Origin: Methanocaldococcus indicus | GTDB taxonomy: Archaea; AGJL01; Methanococci; Methanococcales; Methanocaldococcaceae | Reading direction: 5' to 3' | NCBI RefSeq assembly: GCF_049554935.1 | Contig: NZ_CP186926.1 | Location: forward strand, 320,001-384,000 | DNA: 64,000 nt | In this document: piece by piece, positions 28,731 through 40,041 of the stretch | Layout of the letters: each line of letters starts with the position of its first letter | Numbering within the stretch: position 1 is the first letter of the stretch | Made by a program: the position numbers and the translations under genes | Notes under the pieces: generated by a model | Seen by the model: the letters and a program-made list of their open reading frames with translations, nothing else | What the model was told of the DNA's origin: nothing | Databases searched by the model: none

Positions 28731-28750
28731 AGGTATATAAACTTTTCTGT
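28731..28750 (-). promoter_or_regulatory. BRE/TATA promoter of the tRNA-Gly pair
   Basis: Minus strand AGAAAAGTTTATATA about 30 nt upstream of the mature tRNA 5' end. Confidence 0.7.
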
Positions 28751-28781
28751 TGTGAATTATTATGACACAAAATTACACAAA

Positions 28782-28802
28782 ACCGAAAAATTTATATAGA
28801 AC
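28782..28802 (+). promoter_or_regulatory. BRE/TATA promoter of thermosome gene
   Basis: CCGAAAAATTTATATAGAAC about 60 nt upstream of ATG; RBS AGGTGAT. Confidence 0.7.
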
Positions 28803-28858
28803 TACTACAACATATATATACCGAAGTAAGAGACAAAAAGTAAGAAAGGTGATAGGGA

Positions 28859-30490
28859 ATGGCAATGGCAGGAGCACCAATTGTAGTATTACCACAAAAC
28901 GTTAAAAGATACGTTGGAAGAGATGCTCAAAGAATGAACATATTAGCAGGAAGAATAATTGCTGAAACAGTTAGAACAACCTTAGGTCCAAAAGGAATGG
29001 ACAAAATGTTAGTTGATGAATTAGGAGACATTATAGTTACAAATGATGGGGTTACAATATTAAAAGAAATGAGTGTTGAACACCCAGCTGCTAAAATGTT
29101 AATAGAAGTTGCTAAAACCCAAGAAAAAGAAGTTGGAGATGGAACTACAACAGCAGTTGTTATTGCAGGAGAATTATTGAAAAAAGCTGAAGAATTATTA
29201 GACCAAAACATACACCCAACAGTTATAATAAATGGATATGAATTAGCAAGAGCTAAAGCAATTGAAGAAGTCAAAAATATAGCAAAAGATGTCAAGCCAG
29301 ATGACAAAGAAATGTTAAAGAAAATTGCAATGACCTCAATAACAGGAAAAGGAGCTGAAAAAGCAAGAGGACACTTAGCTGATATTGTTGTTGAAGCTGT
29401 TACCTCTGTTGTTGATGAAGAAACTGGAAAAGTTGATAAAGACTTAATAAAAGTTGAAAAAAAAGAAGGAGCTCCAATTGAAGAAACAACCTTAATCAGA
29501 GGAGTTGTTATAGACAAAGAAAGAGTCCATCCAGAAATGCCTAAAAAAGTTGAAAATGCAAAAATTGCATTATTAAACTGCCCAATTGAAGTTAAAGAAA
29601 CAGAAACAGATGCAGAAATAAGAATTACAGACCCAGCTAAATTAATGGAGTTCATTGAACAAGAAGAAAAAATGATTAAAGACATGGTTGAAAAAATAGC
29701 AGCTACAGGAGCTAATGTTGTCTTCTGTCAAAAAGGAATTGATGACTTAGCACAATACTACTTAGCTAAAAAAGGAATCTTAGCTGTTAGAAGAGTCAAA
29801 AAATCAGATATGGAAAAATTAGCTAAAGCAACAGGTGCAAGAATTGTTACAAAAGTTGATGACTTAACAGCTGAAGATTTAGGAGAAGCTGGATTAGTTG
29901 AAGAGAGAAAAGTTGCTGGAGATGCAATGATATTTGTTGAAGAATGCAAACATCCAAAAGCAGTAACAATATTAGTAAGAGGTTCAACTGAACATGTTGT
30001 TGAAGAAGTTGCAAGAGCTATAGATGATGCAATTGGAGTAGTTAAATGTGCATTAGAAGAAGGAAAAGTAGTTGCTGGTGGAGGAGCTACTGAAGTAGAA
30101 TTAGCTAAAAGATTAAGAAAATATGCTGAAACAGTTGCTGGAAAAGAACAATTAGCAGTTAAAGCATTTGCAGATGCATTAGAAGTAATTCCAAGAACAT
30201 TAGCTGAAAACTCAGGATTAGACCCAATTGACATGTTAGTTAAATTAAGAGCTAAACATGAAGAAGAAAATGGAGAAAACTATGGATTAGATGTCTTTGA
30301 AGGAGAAGTTGTAGATATGTTAGAGAGAGGAGTAGTTGAACCATTAAAAGTCAAAACACATGCAATTGACTCTGCAACAGAAGCATCTGTAATGTTGTTA
30401 AGAATTGATGATGTTATAGCAGCTGAGAAATCAAGTAAAGGAGAAGACAAAGGAGGAGACATGGGAGATATGGGAGGAGATGAATTCTAA
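28859..30490 (+). CDS. ths: Thermosome (group II chaperonin) subunit
   Basis: [25 protein letters not shown], acidic GGDM tail. Confidence 0.98.
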   Translation: MAMAGAPIVVLPQNVKRYVGRDAQRMNILAGRIIAETVRTTLGPKGMDKMLVDELGDIIVTNDGVTILKEMSVEHPAAKMLIEVAKTQEKEVGDGTTTAVVIAGELLKKAEELLDQNIHPTVIINGYELARAKAIEEVKNIAKDVKPDDKEMLKKIAMTSITGKGAEKARGHLADIVVEAVTSVVDEETGKVDKDLIKVEKKEGAPIEETTLIRGVVIDKERVHPEMPKKVENAKIALLNCPIEVKETETDAEIRITDPAKLMEFIEQEEKMIKDMVEKIAATGANVVFCQKGIDDLAQYYLAKKGILAVRRVKKSDMEKLAKATGARIVTKVDDLTAEDLGEAGLVEERKVAGDAMIFVEECKHPKAVTILVRGSTEHVVEEVARAIDDAIGVVKCALEEGKVVAGGGATEVELAKRLRKYAETVAGKEQLAVKAFADALEVIPRTLAENSGLDPIDMLVKLRAKHEEENGENYGLDVFEGEVVDMLERGVVEPLKVKTHAIDSATEASVMLLRIDDVIAAEKSSKGEDKGGDMGDMGGDEF

Positions 30491-30510
30491 CTCCTCCCAA
30501 TAACTTTTTT
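30471..30510 (+). terminator. Hairpin plus T-tract terminator after thermosome
   Basis: TGGGAGGAG (30471-79) / CTCCTCCCA (30491-99) 9-bp stem spanning the stop codon, then TTTTTT (30505-10). Confidence 0.65.
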
Positions 30511-30573
30511 ATTAAAGCATATATCCACTTAATTAAATATTTGGATAATCATTATATAATAAATTTTTATTAT

Positions 30574-30789
30574 TTATTGATTTGACTTTATAGATAATAA
30601 CTTATCCAAAACTATTTTTAAATCTGTTTTCTTTGTTATATCATTCTCTTTTTCTAACAACTCTCTAATTTTTTTTTCTAAATCATCAAAGTCATTAGCT
30701 GATAAAATTAACTCTTTAATATATTCAATATTAGATACATAAGGTAACACTTCATATAAAAATAATTCAAGTTCTCTTTTTTGGTTCAT
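30574..30789 (-). CDS. Small hypothetical protein
   Basis: 71-aa helical ORF overlapping the upstream gene in an operon; typical codon usage. Confidence 0.6.
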   Translation of the reverse strand: MNQKRELELFLYEVLPYVSNIEYIKELILSANDFDDLEKKIRELLEKENDITKKTDLKIVLDKLLSIKSNQ

Positions 30790-31114
30790 ATCTATCCCTT
30801 ATAGCAAGTTCTCTAACAATTTTTGTTATATCTCTCTCCAACTTATCAATTCTTGCATACAACTTATAAACTAAATAAAACAATAGTGCTAATGATAAAT
30901 ATGTTATTGCATCAACTCCTCTACCAACTCCTAAAAACTCTGCTATATATCCTGTAAGTTGAGGATATATTAAAAATACAACTGCCAAAATCCAAATAAA
31001 TCCCCACAATATTCCTTCAAATAAAGATATTTGTCTATTTTTTGTTTTTAGATAAATACTATAAAGGACTATAATTGAAATCAGTATTCCTAAAATTTGA
31101 ATAACTGTCATCAT
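30767..31114 (-). CDS. DUF2304 membrane protein
   Basis: LGVGRGVDA, LERDITKIVRELAI. Confidence 0.85.
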   Translation of the reverse strand: MMTVIQILGILISIIVLYSIYLKTKNRQISLFEGILWGFIWILAVVFLIYPQLTGYIAEFLGVGRGVDAITYLSLALLFYLVYKLYARIDKLERDITKIVRELAIRDRYEPKKRT

Positions 31115-31653
31115 TTTTTCACAGCTTTAATTATTGTAATAGGATTTTTAGCTAAGAACATATGTCCAGAGCTTATTTTTTTTGAATAAGATATAGAAGC
31201 ATTAACAGCAGAGACATTGTAGTTATTCTCCTCTAAAAAATTTAGAATTTTTAAAGCACTCTCTAACAATATTGTATTAGCAACAATAATCTCAATTTTT
31301 TTGTTAGTTAAAATTTTTAAAATTTTATCAATATTTTTTGTTCCACCTATAAATGCCTTATTGAAGTTTAAAGTATTTAAAACATCTTCTGCATTTCCAT
31401 AAATAACTTCACAGTTGTTAATATTAAATTTTTCTAAATTTTTTTTAGTTAGATTTATAGCTTTTAAGTTGTTATCTATTGCATATACATATTTACATCT
31501 TTTTGCAATATCAACAGTCATTCCTCCACTACCACATCCAATATCTACAACAACATCATTTTTATCTAACTCTAATTTATATACACTTATTGCTCTAATT
31601 TCTTCTTTTGTTATAGGAATGTCTTTTTCTCTAAAAAATTGTGAATCATCCAT
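31111..31653 (-). CDS. cbiT: Cobalt-precorrin-6B C15-methyltransferase (decarboxylating)
   Basis: PITKEEIRA, DIGCGSG, FIGG, NTILLES, AKNPI. Confidence 0.9.
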   Translation of the reverse strand: MDDSQFFREKDIPITKEEIRAISVYKLELDKNDVVVDIGCGSGGMTVDIAKRCKYVYAIDNNLKAINLTKKNLEKFNINNCEVIYGNAEDVLNTLNFNKAFIGGTKNIDKILKILTNKKIEIIVANTILLESALKILNFLEENNYNVSAVNASISYSKKISSGHMFLAKNPITIIKAVKK

Positions 31654-31748
31654 TTTACCATCTTTAAATAGTTAAGTATATATAATTAATTATTTAATAT
31701 TATATTATAATTAAAAATTATTATGTACTACATTAAAGGTGGTTTTAT

Positions 31749-32126
31749 ATGGTTTCGTTTGATAAAGACAAGATGTTAAATCCATCCATTATTGGTGGAA
31801 TTGTTGGTGGTGTTTTAGGTGTTTTTTGTTGTTTAAGTTTGGTTATTGGTGGAGTAGTAGCAGCTTATCAGTATATAAAAAATGGAGGAATATTAGATTA
31901 TGAAAATTGTGGGTTAGTTGGAGCTATAGCTGGAGTAATTGGTGGAGTTATTGGAAGTATATTAAACTATATCTTTATTGTTATACTAAATCTTGGCAGT
32001 TTGGGAATATTCCATGGAGCTGTTTTAGGAGGAATGTTTATATTCTCATTAATATTCTCTATAATCTTTGGAGCTATCTTAGGGGCTATTGGTGGAGTAT
32101 TGTATGCCTTTATTAAGTCAAGATAA
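31749..32126 (+). CDS. Gly-rich small membrane protein (DUF5518-like)
   Basis: Repeated GxxxG TM helices. Confidence 0.6.
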   Translation: MVSFDKDKMLNPSIIGGIVGGVLGVFCCLSLVIGGVVAAYQYIKNGGILDYENCGLVGAIAGVIGGVIGSILNYIFIVILNLGSLGIFHGAVLGGMFIFSLIFSIIFGAILGAIGGVLYAFIKSR

Positions 32127-32586
32127 TCTACATAAGTCATATATTATTTTTTTAGTATTCTATCTTTTATTTTATATTGGAATATTTTTAGCTCCTTTTA
32201 TGATGAATATTAACCCAGATATTGGATTGTTGATATATGCAATATACAAACCAATATGCCATCAACTCCCTGAAAGAAGTTTTTTTATATTTGGACATAA
32301 AATGGCTGTATGTGCAAGATGTTTTGGTATATATACAGGAGTACTATTTTCTTCAATAGTTTATCCTATTGTTAAGAGGTTAGATGATTTCAATATTCCT
32401 GATAAAAAGTATCTTATTCTCTCTTTACTACCTATGGCAATAGATGGAGGAACTCAACTAATTGGTCTAAGAGAAAGCTTTAATATTTTAAGATTTATAA
32501 CTGGGTTTTTAGCAGGCTCAGTTGTAGTATTTTATATATATCCAATTTTTTTAAAGATATTAAATAAAAAAATAATGAGGAAATAG
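32104..32586 (+). CDS. DUF2085 membrane protein
   Basis: CHQLPERSF, VCARCFGIY, PMAIDGGTQ, RFITG. Confidence 0.85.
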   Translation: MPLLSQDNLHKSYIIFLVFYLLFYIGIFLAPFMMNINPDIGLLIYAIYKPICHQLPERSFFIFGHKMAVCARCFGIYTGVLFSSIVYPIVKRLDDFNIPDKKYLILSLLPMAIDGGTQLIGLRESFNILRFITGFLAGSVVVFYIYPIFLKILNKKIMRK

Positions 32587-32587
32587 C

Positions 32588-33502
32588 ATGATTTTAGTTA
32601 CTGGTGGTGCTGGATTTATTGGGAGTCATATAGTTGATTTATTAGTTGAAGAAGGTTATGATGTTGTTATTATAGATAATCTAAAAACAGGAAATAAAAA
32701 TAACATAAACCCAAAGGCAGAATTTGTAAATGTAGATATAAGAGATAAAAATTTAGACAAAAAAATTAATTTTAAAGATATTGATACAATTATTCATCAA
32801 GCTGCTCAAATAAATGTAAGGAACTCAGTTGAAAATCCTATTTATGATGGGGATGTAAATATTTTGGGTACTTTAAATTTGTTAGAGAATATGAGAAAGT
32901 ATGATATAGATAAAATAATTTATTCTTCTTCAGTTGCAATTTATGGAGACATTAAATATCTTCCAGTTGATGAAAATCATCCTATAAATCCACTATCTCC
33001 TTATGGATTAAGCAAGTATGTTGGTGAAGAGTATATTAAATTATATAATAGATTATATGGAATTGAATATGCTATTTTAAGATACTCTAATGTATATGGG
33101 AAAAGGCAAGACCCAAAAGGAGAGGCAGGAGTTATATCTATCTTTATTGAAAAAATGTTAAAAAATGAGAGTCCTACAATCTTTGGAGATGGAAACCAAA
33201 CAAGGGATTTTGTTTATGTGAAAGATGTTGCAAGAGCAAATTTATTAGCATTAGATTGGAAAAATGAAACTGTCAATATAGGAACTGGAAAAGAGACATC
33301 AATAAATGAGTTATTTAAAATTATTGCTAATGAATTAAATTTTAAAAAAAGTCCTATCTATGATAAACCAAGAGAAGGAGAAGTTTATAGAATATATTTA
33401 AATATTGAAAAAGCTAAAAAATTGAACTGGGAGCCAGAAACTACACTAAATGAAGGGATTAAAAAAGTCATAGATTGGTTTAAATGCAAATATTTAAAAT
33501 AA
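32588..33502 (+). CDS. galE: UDP-glucose 4-epimerase (extended SDR)
   Basis: TGGAGFIG, YGLSK, RYSNVYG, RDFVYV. Confidence 0.85.
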   Translation: MILVTGGAGFIGSHIVDLLVEEGYDVVIIDNLKTGNKNNINPKAEFVNVDIRDKNLDKKINFKDIDTIIHQAAQINVRNSVENPIYDGDVNILGTLNLLENMRKYDIDKIIYSSSVAIYGDIKYLPVDENHPINPLSPYGLSKYVGEEYIKLYNRLYGIEYAILRYSNVYGKRQDPKGEAGVISIFIEKMLKNESPTIFGDGNQTRDFVYVKDVARANLLALDWKNETVNIGTGKETSINELFKIIANELNFKKSPIYDKPREGEVYRIYLNIEKAKKLNWEPETTLNEGIKKVIDWFKCKYLK

Positions 33503-33639
33503 TGGATTATAGAAAAGTTTATATACAAGTTATACATATTTTATAGGATGCATTTCCATAATAAATATTTAATGAAATAATGTTCATAATATATCTACTA
33601 TTTTTGCTCTTTTTATAACTATTTTGTTGAGGGATGATA

Positions 33640-33876
33640 TTGAAAGTTACAGAACATATCTTAGTTCCTAAACATGAAATAGTTCCAAAAGAAGAAGTAG
33701 AAGAGATTTTAAAGAAGTTTAATATTAAACTACAACAACTACCTAAGATATTTGAAGATGACCCTGTAATAAAGGAAATTGGGGCTAAGGAAGGAGATGT
33801 TATTAGAATTATAAGAAAAAGTCCAACTGCTGGAGAGTTTGTAGCTTATAGATTAGTTATAAAAAGAATTATCTAA
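33640..33876 (+). CDS. rpoH: RNA polymerase subunit H (Rpo5)
   Basis: HILVPKHE, QLPKI..DP, RKSPTAG..YRLV. Confidence 0.97.
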   Translation: MKVTEHILVPKHEIVPKEEVEEILKKFNIKLQQLPKIFEDDPVIKEIGAKEGDVIRIIRKSPTAGEFVAYRLVIKRII

Positions 33877-33894
33877 AAATTTTGGTGGATATCC

Positions 33895-35385
33895 ATGAAA
33901 AGTTTAGTTAAAAGCTATTTTGATAACCATAAATTGAATGAGCACCAAATAGAGTCATATAATGATTTTATTGAGAATAGATTACAAAAAATAATTAATG
34001 AATTTGGATATATAGATACTGATATAAAGAACTATAAGATTAAATTAGGTAAAATTAGGGTTGGACAGCCAATAATTAAAGAAGCTGATGGTTCAGTTAG
34101 AAAAATAACTCCTATGGAGGCAAGAATTAGAGATTTAACATATTCAGCTCCAATATATTTAGAATTAATTGGAATTGAAGAAGAGAACGGAGAAGAGAAA
34201 GTTATTGAGACAATTGAGGTTTATATTGGGGAGCTACCTGTTATGTTAGGTTCTAAAATTTGCATACTACATGGAAAATCTGAAGAGGAGTTAATAGAAT
34301 TAGGAGAAGACCCAAAAGACCCATTTGGCTATTTTATAATAAATGGAACTGAAAGAGTTCTAATAACTCAGGAAGATTTAATACCAAATAGAATAATTTG
34401 TGAATTTACAGAAAAGAATAATAAAGAAATTGCATTATCAAAAGTATTCTCTGTTAGACATGGATTTAGAGCTTTATGTACTGTTGAAAGACATCCAGAT
34501 GGATTGTTGTATGTAACTGGTCCAGGATTATCTGGAAATGTCCCATTGGTTGTAGTAATGAGAGCACTTGGAGCTGAAACAGATAAAGATATTATTGAAG
34601 CTGTAAATGACCCAAGATTTGCAGTTGAAATATTATTAAATATCCAAGAGATTAGAGAAGAGTTTGGAGTAAATACTCAAGAAGATGCATTAGAATATAT
34701 TGGTAAAAGAATAGCTCCAAATCAATCAAAAGAATACAGAATAAGAAAAGCTAAGAGTGTATTAATGAATAACTTCTTACCTCACTTAGGTGTTAGAGAA
34801 GAAGATTTTATTAAGAAAATTAAGTTCCTTGGAATAATGACAAGAAACACATTAGAGTTGTATTTTGGATATAGAGGGGAAGATGACAAAGACCATTATG
34901 CATTTAAGAGAGCTAAATTAGCAGGAGATTTATTAGAGGAGTTATTTAGAAGTGCATTTTCCCAATTAACTAAGGATATAAAATATCAGCTAAGTAAGCA
35001 AACACTAAGAAATAAAAAACCATCTATAAAAGCAGCTGTAAGAAGTGACATAATAACTGATAGAATTAAGCATGCAATGGCTACTGGAACATGGGTAACT
35101 GGAAAGACTGGAGTTAGTCAGTTGTTAGATAGAACAAGTTATTTGGCTACAAACTCTCAATTAAGAAGAATTGTCTCACCACTTTCAAGAAGTCAGCCAC
35201 ACTTTGAAGCAAGAGAACTACATGGAACTCACTGGGGAAAAATATGTCCATCTGAAACTCCAGAAGGACAAAATTGTGGATTAGTTAAGAACTTTGCACT
35301 GATGGCTAAAATCACAAGAGATGAAGATGATAATGTTGTTATAGAATTCTTAAAGAAATTTGGAATTAAAGAATTTAATATTTAA
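33895..35385 (+). CDS. rpoB2: RNA polymerase subunit B''
   Basis: PMEARIRDLTY, GYFIING, DDKDHY, CPSETPEG. Confidence 0.97.
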   Translation: MKSLVKSYFDNHKLNEHQIESYNDFIENRLQKIINEFGYIDTDIKNYKIKLGKIRVGQPIIKEADGSVRKITPMEARIRDLTYSAPIYLELIGIEEENGEEKVIETIEVYIGELPVMLGSKICILHGKSEEELIELGEDPKDPFGYFIINGTERVLITQEDLIPNRIICEFTEKNNKEIALSKVFSVRHGFRALCTVERHPDGLLYVTGPGLSGNVPLVVVMRALGAETDKDIIEAVNDPRFAVEILLNIQEIREEFGVNTQEDALEYIGKRIAPNQSKEYRIRKAKSVLMNNFLPHLGVREEDFIKKIKFLGIMTRNTLELYFGYRGEDDKDHYAFKRAKLAGDLLEELFRSAFSQLTKDIKYQLSKQTLRNKKPSIKAAVRSDIITDRIKHAMATGTWVTGKTGVSQLLDRTSYLATNSQLRRIVSPLSRSQPHFEARELHGTHWGKICPSETPEGQNCGLVKNFALMAKITRDEDDNVVIEFLKKFGIKEFNI

Positions 35386-35408
35386 ATTAAATATTTAAAG
35401 GGATTATT

Positions 35409-37270
<1,862 letters not shown>

Positions 37271-37274
<4 letters not shown>

Positions 37275-39958
37275 TTCTTGAAAATTTAAAAAAATATGCA
37301 GTCAATAAAGAACTAAAAGAGATTACCTTTGGACTGTTATCTCCAGAGTATATTAGAAAAATGTCAGTAGCAAAAATTGTAACAGCAGACACTTATGATG
37401 AAGATGGTTATCCTATTGAAGGAGGTTTAATGGATTTAAGGTTAGGAGTTATAGACCCTGGATTAGTTTGTAAGACATGTGGAGGAAGAGTTGGAGAATG
37501 TCCTGGACATTTTGGACATATTGAATTAGCTAAGCCAGTTATTCATGTTGGATATGCAAAAACTATTTACAAAATTTTAAAAGCTGTATGTCCATACTGT
37601 GGAAGAGTAACACTTCCAGAAACAAAGAGAAAAGAGTTCTTAGAAAAGATGGAGTTATTAGAGACAGAAGGAGGTAACAAGTGGGAAATTTGTGAAGAAA
37701 TATTTAAAGAAGCTGCAAAAATTGCAATTTGTCCATACTGTGGAGAGGTAAAGTTTGATGTAAAATTTGAGAGACCATATACATACTATAAAATTGAGGA
37801 AAATGAACAAAAGAAATTAACTCCTGAGGATGTAAGAGAAATTTTAGAAAAAATTCCTGATGAAGATTGTCCTTTAATTGGGATTAATCCAAAAACAACA
37901 CGTCCAGAGTGGATGGTTTTAACAGTTCTTCCTGTTCCTCCTGTAACTATGAGACCCTCTATTATCTTAGAAACAGGAGAAAGAAGTGAAGATGATTTAA
38001 CACACAAATTAGTAGATATTATAAGAACTAACAATAAAGTAGAGATGTGTATTGAGACAGGTTCTCCAAATGTAATTTTAGATGACCAGTGGGACCTCTT
38101 ACAGTATCATGTTGCTACATACTTTGATAATGAACTATCAGGAATGCCACCAGCTAAACATAGAAGTGGAAGACCTCTAAAAACTTTGGCACAAAGATTA
38201 AAAGGTAAAGAGGGAAGATTTAGATATAACTTAGCTGGAAAAAGAGTTAATTTCTCTGCAAGAACTGTTATATCCCCAGACCCATGTTTAAGTATAAATG
38301 AAGTTGGAGTTCCAGAGGAGATAGCCAAAGAATTAACTGTTCCAGAAAAAGTAACAAAATACAATATAGAAAAAATTAGACAACTAATATTAAATGGCCC
38401 TCATAAACATCCAGGTGCAAACTATATAATTGTTAAAAAGAGAGGTAGAGATGGCTCATACAGTGAATATAAGATTAAATTAGAAAATGAAAATATAAGA
38501 AAATACTGGGCAGAGAATATAAAAGAGGGGGATATAGTAGAGAGACATTTAATGGATGGAGATATAGTATTATACAATAGACAGCCATCATTACACAGAA
38601 TGTCTATAATGGGTCATAGAGTTAGAGTTCTGCCATATAGAACATTTAGGCATAATTTATGTGTTTGCCCACCCTACAACGCGGACTTTGACGGAGATGA
38701 AATGAATTTACACGTTCCACAAACAGAGGAAGCAAGAGCAGAAGCAGAATCTTTAATGTTAGTTGAAAAACACATTCTTTCTCCAAGATATGGAGGTCCA
38801 ATAATTGGGGCAATTCATGACCACATTTCAGGAGCATATATACTAACATCAAAATACTTCACAAAGGATGAAGCAACCTTAATTTTAAGAGCTGGAAATA
38901 TCAAAGATGAATTAGAAGAACCAGATAAAGTAGAGAATGGAGTTGAACTATATTCTGGAAAAAGATTATTTAGCAAAGCACTACCAAAAGGACTAAATAT
39001 AAGATTTAAGGCAAGAATTTGTAGAAAATGTAAAGAATGTAAGAAAGAAGAATGTGAATATGATGCCTATGTTGTCATTAAAGATGGTGAGTTAATAAAA
39101 GGAGTTATTGATAAGAGTGGTTATGGAGCAGAGTCAGGGATATTACTACATGCTATTGTTAAAGAATTTGGATATGAAGCAGGAAGAAGGTTTTTAGATT
39201 CTGTAACTAAGATGGTTATAAGAACTTTAATGTTAAGAGGATTCTCTACTGGTATAGATGATGAAGACGTACCTAAAGAGGCATTAGAGGAGATAGAGAA
39301 AGTTTTAGATGAAGCTGAGAAAAAAGTAGAAGAAATTATTGAGAAATACAAAAGAGGGGAATTAGAACTTCTCCCAGGACAGGACTTAGAGCAATCAAGA
39401 GAGACATATATTAAAAACATTTTAAGAGAAGCAAGGGATAAAGCAGGGGAGATAGCAGAGAGATATTTAGGAATGGATAACCAAGCTGTTATTATGGCAA
39501 GAACTGGGGCAAGAGGTAACATATTAAACTTAACACAAATGGCTGCATGTGTTGGACAGCAATCTGTTAGAGGAGAAAGAATATTTAGAGGTTATAGAGA
39601 TAGAGTTTTACCACACTTTGAAAAAGGTGATTTAGGAGCAAGAGCTCATGGATTTGTTAGAAGTAGTTATAAAAAAGGATTATCTCCAACAGAATTCTTC
39701 TTCCATGCTATTGGAGGTAGAGAAGGATTAGTTGACCAAGCAGTTAGAACTGCTCAATCTGGATATATGCAAAGAAGATTAATTAATGCACTTCAAGATT
39801 TAAAGACAGAGTTTGATGGAACTGTTAGAGATTCAAGAGGAGTTATGATTCAATTTAAATATGGAGAAGATGGAGTAGACCCAATGCTCACAGATAGAGG
39901 AAAAACAGTAGATATAGATAGAATCATAGACAAAATTAAAATGAAATACTCCAACTAA
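37271..39958 (+). CDS. rpoA1: RNA polymerase subunit A' (no intein)
   Basis: [43 protein letters not shown]. Confidence 0.98.
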
Positions 39959-40041
39959 ATTTCTTAATTTTTCTAAATCTTTTTTAAAATTTTAAAATTA
40001 AAAATAACTAATTAACATAAATAATATAGAAAGTGATAATC

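Noticed and set aside
28540-28740. 66-aa ORF; tRNA pair as an integration site
   Set aside because: The ORF is antisense to the two tRNAs; no duplicated tRNA 3' end (att) or integrase seen.
39959-40041. 83-bp gap between rpoA' and rpoA'' as an ncRNA
   Set aside because: Extremely AT-rich with no boxes or stable stems; at most an internal terminator or promoter.
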